Below, piece after piece: positions 12,051-20,900 of a stretch of 64,000 nt of DNA. Under the pieces are notes generated by a model. That model ran no database searches and was not told the DNA's origin. It worked only from the letters and a program-made list of their open reading frames with translations. Both the position numbers and the translations under genes were made by a program. Numbering within the stretch: the first letter of the stretch is position 1; the number at the start of each line of letters is the position of its first letter. Source of the DNA: Nemertoderma westbladi (taxonomy: Eukaryota; Animalia; Xenacoelomorpha); NCBI GenBank assembly GCA_032718475.1, contig JAUCBJ010003424.1, positions 1 through 64,000 of the forward strand, given 5' to 3'.

Positions 12051-12113
12051 CAGTCCCACTCTCAAACTTTGATCAATGTTTGATCAAAGGAATGCTTTTT
12101 GAGAGCGGGACTG
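12051..12113. mobile_element. 63-bp Tc1/mariner-type mini-MITE (hairpin)
   Basis: TA|CAGTCCCACTCTCAAA ... TTTGAGAGCGGGACTG|TA: CAGT/ACTG termini, TA duplication, 16-bp TIR with one mismatch, and an inner palindrome CTTTGATCAA..TTGATCAAAG. Confidence 0.65.
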
Positions 12114-12716
12114 TATATACATCAACTGAGGTAGAAAGGCGGAATAATTTATTGTAAGTTATTATAAGTTATTTTTGATTTATTTATATATTAATAATTA
12201 ATTGTCAAAAGAGGTAGGCGGACTAGTTTAGTTTAGTTTACTTATATTATATTATTGATAAATCTCAATAAATGTTCTTGATTATGGCCGGCCATGTGTA
12301 AAATAGCTGTTAACAATAATTTTGTTAAAAATATGTTAACTGCGGGGCTATCATCAAAAAGATGAGCAGTTGTTTTTAATATATTATTATAAGTTAACAA
12401 TTTCGGATACACAAACCGTACATGGTTCGAATTAATACAATTATTTGGATTTAAAGTTATTTACGAAGCGAGTTGGATCTCTGTTTGTATTGCAAGCTGG
12501 GAACCGAAATGTTATGTTACCGAAATGTTGTTGCGAAATGATATTAAAACTATTTGGGATTTATTATTGTGAAATTGTCCGTTTTACTTTTAACAGAAGT
12601 AGATTGTTTTAATAGGATGTAAAGCAGTATTATTGCTTGTCATTTTTCTGTTATTTTCTTTATTTCGAACAAAATTTTAGTAAAGTTTTCCAATAAGATA
12701 TGTATTGTATATGTAT

Positions 12717-13733
12717 TGCTTAAATTTTATTATTGCAGTGTAAGGTTGCAATGTAAACTTACTGTATTATTCGATAGATCGTTAATAATTAATCTCTGAC
12801 AGATATTATTGGCTTTCGGGAAATATTAACAGTTCCTTTAGGACGTGGCGCTTTATCTATTTAAACAGAACTAAGACTTATACTAAAACGCAACGATACC
12901 GCTTATGATTAAAGTATAAAGCGTATTCTTTAGGAAATACTTTGTTACCAATCACAATCATACACACTATTCTGCCGACCGTCAGTATATTTGATCACAC
13001 ATAAAGAGAGCAGTAATTGACTCATGTAGTGTCTGCTAAATAACATTAGATTCAATACACACCACATTGATATAAATCGCAATTGTTATGTATAGCCGGT
13101 CTCTCTAACCTGTAGTGTATCAAGAAAATTGGGAAATTTGGGTGATTTATCCGTATTATCCAGAGAGCAATATTTCCATCAACAAATAGGTACAATTAAT
13201 AACTGACAGTAAATAACAGTACAAACAATATGATTAATAGTGAGTTAAGATTGATTAGTTAAGTAAGGTTAGTTAATGAGATTCGATTCGGTAACAGTTT
13301 ATACTTTCGATAATTTAAGCAGTTTTACTAGAGTTCTTCCCAAAAGCCGGTGTTATGGCGAAAATGGGAACACAACAACAGAATCATATAAAATCATATG
13401 ACTACTACCACTATACGAGTATACCAAAAACTCTTATTCCCCGAAGCTCCCGTCCAACACAGAGGATGAGCAGTGAGATAGGAAATTCAGTTCAGTAGCG
13501 CTGGGATAGGTCGAAATTAACGCCCACTCAAATTCTATTGGCCGATACGGACAGCAAGGCTAAAGCAACCTCTCTAAGCTAGTTGGCCGATTAAACTGAG
13601 CCCAGATATCTCCGTACAGCACATCAGCCAATAAGCTGGTAGCTTGCACTATTTTAGTTATAAATCCCTTTGAGAGTATTCTAGCGACTGGGGGGAACTG
13701 GCCAGCAAAGGCAAACGTATCAGTTATCCCACA
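12717..13733 (-). repeat. 3' LTR of element A
   Basis: Minus strand reads TGTGGGATAAC...AATAAAATTTAAGCA. No difference from 24907-25923 was found by eye. AATAAA (minus) at 12731-12726. Confidence 0.92.
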
Positions 13734-13804
13734 AAATCTAAGTCTATAAAGTCTATAAAATATACAAAATCACAGTTTCTAAAATATAAAAATACTCTAA
13801 ACAG

Positions 13805-14725
13805 TTAGTCTTTCTTGCGCGGACGGCGTTTACGCAGTTTTTTAAAGCTAGCAAGAGTCCTTTTCTCTTTGGGGCGAGCCACTTTACGAGGAGGGCTATA
13901 ACTCCTGGGTGAAGGGTGCAATATGATTGCATCAGAAGGTATGGGATTGCGATCGGTATATCCGCCGGTCGAAGTACCGGGTTGATTGACATCAACGTCC
14001 GGGGAGAGGGGTCTAACGGCTTTGAGAGCCCGTTTCAAGACAGCCGCTCTTACGGGTCCTGTACGAGTGGTCTGCACGAGGGCCGTGGGTGGACCATAGG
14101 TAGTTAGAAATTTCCTTGGTTTAATGGTTCTTTCCAACTCGCGTTCGCGGGCTCGATACTCGTAAGGCCGTCGATATACTTCCTGTAACTCGGGGTGTGA
14201 GTTGACAAATAAGTCTCCATAGGCAGGGTCTTGACGGATAAAGTTTATTAAGTTGTAAGAATGGATGTCACTCGGATTAATGCTCCTGAGGAATTTGCGT
14301 ACATATTTAGTTGAAATACATTCTCCAACGCGCTTCAATAGTTCATAACTTGATAGGCGTGATTTTTGCTCGACAGATGCAAACAAATAAGGATGGAACG
14401 CATAAACTCCTTCGTAAGCGCGTCCAGGGTAATAGCGATGGCGTGAATCACAATGTAAATCAGCGTTCGCTTCCCAAGCTCTGATATAACGTAGTACAAT
14501 CATTTCATCTACGCTCTCTAAATCATGGTTAAAGGGACAATCAAAGCTGGCGTGTCCTTTTAATTGACAATGATGGCATTGAGTCATAAATTGGGGGCAG
14601 ACAGCAAAAATCTTCAATTCCATAAAAAGAGTTCTGTAAAGGTCTAGCGCATATGTTGACATCGTGTACCATACGACGGACAAGATCCGCTCGATTGTCC
14701 GGAGGTTCAACGAGTATACCGTCAA
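13805..14725 (-). CDS. Element A accessory ORF4: CCHC zinc-knuckle protein with a basic C-terminal tail
   Basis: 306-codon open frame with in-frame ATGs at 14662, 14623 and 14587. Motif CHHCQLKGHASFDC (CX2CX4HX4C). Ends KKLRKRRPRKKD. Overlaps the end of ORF3 in the +1 frame. Confidence 0.75.
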   Translation of the reverse strand: MTVYSLNLRTIERILSVVWYTMSTYALDLYRTLFMELKIFAVCPQFMTQCHHCQLKGHASFDCPFNHDLESVDEMIVLRYIRAWEANADLHCDSRHRYYPGRAYEGVYAFHPYLFASVEQKSRLSSYELLKRVGECISTKYVRKFLRSINPSDIHSYNLINFIRQDPAYGDLFVNSHPELQEVYRRPYEYRARERELERTIKPRKFLTTYGPPTALVQTTRTGPVRAAVLKRALKAVRPLSPDVDVNQPGTSTGGYTDRNPIPSDAIILHPSPRSYSPPRKVARPKEKRTLASFKKLRKRRPRKKD

Positions 14726-16307
14726 CTCGAGCAGCCTCGATTGGCGGATGCTGTAACATAGGAGCGTCAGCGATAAGATTTTGCGATCTTATGCTGATAT
14801 CAACCGGTTGGGGTTGTATCTTTGCGAAAAGTTTATCACCGAAATGAGGAACCATCGAGGGATGACGGACGGTTTTAGAGTAGAGATCGGTTATGAGTAT
14901 CTGCGCTTCGGGTTGGGCTAAAGCGGCTTCTTCTCTCTCATCCATTTCCGTATGCCTCTCCTCCAGTTGATTCTCCTCCGCCTGTTTCTGCAAGCGTTCT
15001 TCCAGAAACTCCTGTAGAGAATACGTACGTCCAAGCTCGATGTCCTCTTCGAGGTTTTGGATTTCTCTATCAAACTGCGGCAAGGCTAGCTCTTTCACCG
15101 ATTGGACCTGCTGCTGTAATTTACGTTTCTCTAGAAAATCCTGGGTTCCCTTTCCGATTTTCTGTCGGATGGCGTCTAGAGCGTTTCTGATGACACTCTC
15201 CTCGACTTCCGTGGCAGGTTGTATCGGAGTTAATCCTGGCCGGTTGTAAGGATTAAATGGCGATGTTAGATGTCCGCGTCCCAATCCAGTTAAATAGGAT
15301 GGTCGAATATCCAACGAACCTACCGCCGGAACACCACCGATTAACTGCTCGGGTAACACCAAATCCTTGAACAGTGAGTATAATTCGGGAGGATCAGTGA
15401 TACTGTTAGGATCAAGAGTTTGAGGTCTCACGGGGAAATGGGGAGGTCTGACCGAGTATTCCGGAACTCTGATCATGGGTTTATTTAGCGATCGTTTTAG
15501 ACGGGCGATCGTAGGTGATACGTCGAACAGGTTTCGCTCGAAACTCCCGTAAGTATAACGCGTAAAACTGTGTTTAGCACAACGTCTCCGCGGATGTTTA
15601 TGTCTTTCCGTTTGCTGGTTAGGTCTAGGACATGAGTCACAATAATACCAAAGACGTACGTCCTGCAGAGGAAACGCGGGTGATCGTTCTCCAGTTTTGC
15701 AATACTCTTCCATTTGTTCAAAGCTGTCCGGGACAACAGGCAGTGGACGATCTGCGGTAAGATACATCATGGTGAAATAGAGTCGTTTGAGTTCTACCAT
15801 GGGATCGTGATGTATACCTTGAGGATATCGAGTCTCTAGGTTCTGTTGACTGGCAATATTGAGATAGGTTTCTCTCAAAAATTCCACGTAGTCGTTGAAG
15901 TTGATACGCTTATCGGGTTCTTCAACGTTTTCTCTGTCGAGTAGGTTGCGAATAGAGTTCTCGTGTTCTATTCTCGGTTTGTCATTACGATTCCGCTGGG
16001 CATGATATTTAAATAAAACCATTTCCCTTTCGGTGTCTACATCATCAGCATCATGTAAATCGGTGGGATGGCCGGTAGTTAAGAAGTCCATATACGTACC
16101 ATTGCGATTCGTATAGCGAGCGGTGAATTTTCTATAGTCCGCTTCACGCGTAAGTTGTTCCTGGGACATCAGCGGTTCGATATAACGACCATCGTCCTCC
16201 GTAATAGTCGGATCGGCTTCACCGCGTATCAAGCTATCCACAAACGCTTGCAAAGGTAGAGTATATCGCTCTCTAATACCAAGGTCATCTTCTATCAATT
16301 CCGTCAT
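14541..16307 (-). CDS. Element A accessory ORF3 (588 aa), unknown function, putative CxxC...CxxH zinc site and coiled coil; not Env-like
   Basis: Long ATG-initiated ORF in the env position with no signal peptide or transmembrane segment. Homologous to the ORF starting at 63436. Confidence 0.88.
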   Translation of the reverse strand: MTELIEDDLGIRERYTLPLQAFVDSLIRGEADPTITEDDGRYIEPLMSQEQLTREADYRKFTARYTNRNGTYMDFLTTGHPTDLHDADDVDTEREMVLFKYHAQRNRNDKPRIEHENSIRNLLDRENVEEPDKRINFNDYVEFLRETYLNIASQQNLETRYPQGIHHDPMVELKRLYFTMMYLTADRPLPVVPDSFEQMEEYCKTGERSPAFPLQDVRLWYYCDSCPRPNQQTERHKHPRRRCAKHSFTRYTYGSFERNLFDVSPTIARLKRSLNKPMIRVPEYSVRPPHFPVRPQTLDPNSITDPPELYSLFKDLVLPEQLIGGVPAVGSLDIRPSYLTGLGRGHLTSPFNPYNRPGLTPIQPATEVEESVIRNALDAIRQKIGKGTQDFLEKRKLQQQVQSVKELALPQFDREIQNLEEDIELGRTYSLQEFLEERLQKQAEENQLEERHTEMDEREEAALAQPEAQILITDLYSKTVRHPSMVPHFGDKLFAKIQPQPVDISIRSQNLIADAPMLQHPPIEAARVDGILVEPPDNRADLVRRMVHDVNICARPLQNSFYGIEDFCCLPPIYDSMPSLSIKRTRQL

Positions 16308-16350
16308 ATCTGCTATCTGAGTTTATTAATATCAATATGAGTTAATAGTT

Positions 16351-16505
16351 TAGGCAAGCGGGCGTCGCTGCCTACTAGGCTTTTGCCCCCGGACAGTGGG
16401 TTTCTCAGCGCCGATGTACCGCTGTCGCAGTGTTTACGCCAACATGTAGCAACAGCACGACAACGATAACCGGCACAAGTCCCACCACTGTCCGTCCCAA
16501 AGGCT
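16351..16505 (-). other. Structured RNA element (long G-U-rich hairpin plus small hairpin) upstream of ORF3
   Basis: Minus-strand pairings: CGGACAGUGG/CCACUGUCCG, GUGCCG/CGGCGC and UAUCGUUGUCGU/GCGACAGCGGUA. A second hairpin lies at 16351-16374. Confidence 0.7.
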
Positions 16506-17119
16506 TGAATCCACTTGAGGTTATATCGGTAGAGTTAGGGCTATTTTACAATTGCGATTAGCTACTGTAAACACACTTTAGTAGTAACATTCACCTATAA
16601 ACGCACAAATTCCATACAATCATTGCTTACTGCACACATGCATGCCATTTGTCCGTTAGTCAGTGTCTTCCAGAATGTCACGTTATTACTATGTATCCTT
16701 GGATACTAATAGTGCGCTATGTATACTCTTATGCTACGCAATGGGGCAAGCTTTTTATTGTTCCTTTAACTTGCTTCTAATTCTAGCGTGGGTGTTGCCA
16801 TGGTGACATTATGGAAAACTAGCGGTAGAATTAGGGCAATTCTCATGTATACAGATCTGGGATGTTATTTAATAGTAATTCTTTAATTGTCAATCTTCTC
16901 TTTATGCCTGATTTTATAAATTTTATCGGCTATTGACTATATATTGGAGATTCTCGCACTCTAGTACACTCAATATGAATCTCCGCTCCCATGATCTATT
17001 AATTACTGGAATTTTGGGAATGTTGTAAATTGCACAAAATGACAATTTATGAAATTCATTCGAATATGAATTTAAATTTATTCCCTTGAATTTTATTATT
17101 TGATGTTAAAATTGACACA

Positions 17120-17410
17120 ATTTGATTCCAGAGCAGGTCTGGGGACATAGGATCCTGAATTCTATGAAATTTGTCTTTTAAGAGTATCGGTAAGTGCTAC
17201 GATATCTTAATCGACTAGAATTGTTAACGGATCTGAATTTTACAGATTTTAATAAATATTAAATTAATATTTAGGATGGGCACCGATTTATTCCAGAACT
17301 TGTCTGGGGACGTTAACCACTGATTCTAGAACTTGTCTTTCAAGTATATCGGTGGGTGCCACGATATCTTAATCGACTAGAATTACAGATGGTCAAAAGT
17401 TTAACAGATT
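17120..17410. repeat. Two diverged ~170-bp tandem copies in the pol-ORF3 spacer of element A
   Basis: TTCCAGA..GTCTGGGGAC...ACGATATCTTAATCGACTAGAATT occurs at ~17126-17222 and ~17291-17384. Confidence 0.7.
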
Positions 17411-17928
17411 TATTTGCGATTTACGCTACTGTTAGAGGGACATCACGCTACTATATGTATTATTTGTTATAAGGTAGAAGAGCAATATCGCACGAAGCAA
17501 TGTCAGTGTGAAGAGGCAAGTCGTTTCCAAGGTCTACCCAGAGCTTGGTTTAGCCGAGACACGAGGATCTGAACTTTGCATTCCTAATACTCTGCCTACC
17601 AATAATACTTAAATATAGTAGTGGCTTTATTGTACTTTAAGAAGTACTGACATGTCATCTTACTATAATCTCGCATTTATAATATAATACGGACAGTAAG
17701 GAAAGAGAAAAATAATTATTTCTTGCCGTCGCACTAAATATATTGTAAGTAATTAAATACGTAATAAACACTAATATATTGCACTAATTTACTAAATATT
17801 CTAAAATAACATTCTACTAAATAAAATTAAAGAAAACGATTATAATAAAATTACATAATAATACATACATAAATATAAAATAAAAACAAATATAAAATGA
17901 TATAGTCACACGCCCACTCCATATGTTA

Positions 17929-20900
17929 TTACGTTATGGAGTCCCTAGATATTTGTCGGATTAGGGAAGTGGCCGTAGGAAGAGTATCTTGCCTTCCATA
18001 GTTTCCGGACAGTTTTCGGTCTCTTTCCAGTAAACATAAACGACTAGCTGGGCGATTGAGTGGTTGTGTTAGTTTCTCCGCTCCCTTGGCCTGTCTACTC
18101 TCCGCCGTGGTAAGATGAGGAGGCCATTCTTCTTCTTCTTTACTTAAGAAGTCGGATCCACCTAACCAGCCTGGAGTATCTATCAGTTCTTGAGGAGTTG
18201 CTCCTCTGGAAGCGATGTCGGCTGGATTAATCGTCCCAAGGCAATGTCTCCATTGATCTACATTGGAGTTAATATCGTCATTATCTGAGGAGTATGGTGT
18301 TCCCTCAGTTGGGTCGTCCACATCACTGCTCTCCACTTCCCCCTTTACTTGGTATACCTGTTGTTGAGGGAATCTCTCTTTGAGAGTTCTACGGGAAGGG
18401 CCAGTGAAGTACCAACCTACTCTAGTTCTTACCGCATAGGTTTGTAGTGGCTGTGGTTGAGCAGGCCGTTTCTCTAATGGCTCGAGCGCCTCATGCGCGT
18501 TTTGGCCGATGAGTATTTGCACTCCAGGATAATCGGTTTGGAATCGAGGTATCTCAAGATGTTGGATGCACTCGTCCTCGTCCCAGTTATAAGGTTCTGC
18601 TTGAGTAGTAGCAAAGTTCTTTATAGCCACCATTTTTACTGACCTTATACCTTGTGTTCCTAACTTATCCTGGGGGGTGGACAACACACCTACATAGTAA
18701 TCTGCCGTTAGGGTAGATTTCCAAACCTGCATAATTCCTGACATATTCAATTTAGTCCGGAACTTGGGTTGTCCAGCAAAGATATCTTCGGCTAGTTCTT
18801 GATCGATGAATGTTCCTGTGCTGCCGGAGTCAAGTAGGGCGTTCACTATGTAACTCTTGTTGGGACCATGAACTCGAACTTGCACTACAGGAAATTCTCT
18901 TATTCCTATGTTGGAAGTTGGAACTTTCCAAGATGGTTGTTTGTCAAAAGGAGTTGGAGTAAACTCGTCAGTGTCCTTTTCATCCGTAAGTGCTCGATAC
19001 ACTGTGGTATTTATTAGATAACAGGATTCGTTGGCATCGGAGAATTCGTCTGTATAGAATCCTTCCCACTCAGAACCTTGGTCAGTGTCGTTCACATCAC
19101 TGAATTGGACATGTAGTTCGGGCTCACTTACCTGACTCGGGTTGTCTCGTTCGAACTCACTGTGTAACAAAATGTGATGTTTCGCGCCACACTTTGCACA
19201 CTTTGCGTCGGAGTAACAGGTTCGCCGTTGGTGTCCTGATCTGAGGCAATTATAGCATAACCGCTTATTCCACAGGACTGTACGTCTGTCTACAGGGGAT
19301 TTCTTTAGAAATTCAGCACACGCACTCAAACGGTGAGGCCCGTCGCACAGCGCACATTTTGGTTTGATGTTACTCACCTTAACTTGGTTAACGTTATGCA
19401 CTCTCGTTCTTTCTTCGGGCTTTCTTCCGTGAATTCTCTTAGGAGACGTAGGAGGAGTTGTTGTTACCTGTTCTCTCCTGTCACTGGTTCGAGACTTGTA
19501 TTTACTTACGTCTTTATAGGTCTTGTTGTCATAGTAAGATTTTGCTGTGTCTTTCCCGCTGTCCTCTTCTTGAGAAGCTTGGCTTTCGCCGTCGTCAGTA
19601 TAACACACTGGTATTATCCTTCTCCTAGAATCGGGTTTCTCACTTACCTTATTTTCCGATGTTTTCTCTCTGGCCTGCCTTATGAGTTGTAATTTTACTT
19701 CACTATCTAAGAAAGACATGAGATCAGCCATGGTAGGACTTCGTCGTTGTTGTTCATTCATGTACAACACTTTCTTGTCCCAGCGTGTACATACTCCACC
19801 CTTTGGTAAAGTAGAGACTATGGCTCCAATAACCATGGAACTCTGATATTCATGCGACTTACCTAACCAGTCCAGTTGTCTACAGATCTCTTGAATTTCA
19901 TCGGAAACTATAATCCCGCTACTAAGGAAGTGTCGGGGGGCTACTAATTTTGCATACAGATACTTAGCTATGTTATCCTTGTTACCATACCTGATGTTTA
20001 GTGTATCCCAAACTTGTCTTAATCCATCTGGATGTCCAATAAACTTTAACGCCATTAACTTGGGAGGTCCTTCCAAGCACTTGATGAGGAATCTAAGTTT
20101 CTCTCCGTTAGATAGTACAGAGTTCTGTATGCTATCTTTGTAATATTCGTTGAAAGGTAACCATTTCATCTCATCTCCATTGAATTTGACGATCTCTCCC
20201 ACTTTGACCGCTTGGCGGGCTTCTGTTCTAGCCATCTGACGCGTAAAGCTTTCTTGGGCCATCGTGTTATTTAATATCGAATTATCGGTATACAAATTTC
20301 TCGGATCATTATCAGGTCTATAGGGAATATCATTAATAACAGGTCTATAATCACCCTTAATAGGGTTTGCTATAGGAGTTTCAACTTCACTAGCAGTATA
20401 GATGCGTGTAGGCTCCACACCTTGCGCATGTAATACTTCAGACCTAACGGGTTGACACAATGTTACAGGGGGTATTGGTATGCCTCTTTGTATATTGACT
20501 AATTTGTCGCGTTCTAGCGCGATACTTTGCTGCACTTCTTGCAACTCTGCTCTACCTTCCCTCACTGTTCCCTTAAGTTGGTGGACAGTCTCCTGCATCT
20601 GTCCTAGCAGGAGATTCATCCCCCGCCGTCCCTCTTCCACCCACTCAACCGCCGAAGCGGGAGTCGCCAACATAGTAGCGGGCTGACGCGGGACGACGGG
20701 AGACAAATTATTGATTTCTCTCTCTGCTATCTGGACAGGGATATTTGCATGGACTGTTCCACCGGGTACAGGCAGTGTAGTACTATGTAAAGGGAATTTA
20801 GAGTTAAGCTCTGGAAGTGTAGGGGTCTCTAGCACAGAAGTGACTTTGGGAACAACAGGCCTAATTATTTCAGGTTCATCGACTATAGTAGGGAGTCTTT

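Noticed and set aside
14541-16307. Envelope gene in the third-ORF position
   Set aside because: No N-terminal hydrophobic signal, no transmembrane anchor and no Cys-rich ectodomain. The protein is hydrophilic and charged.
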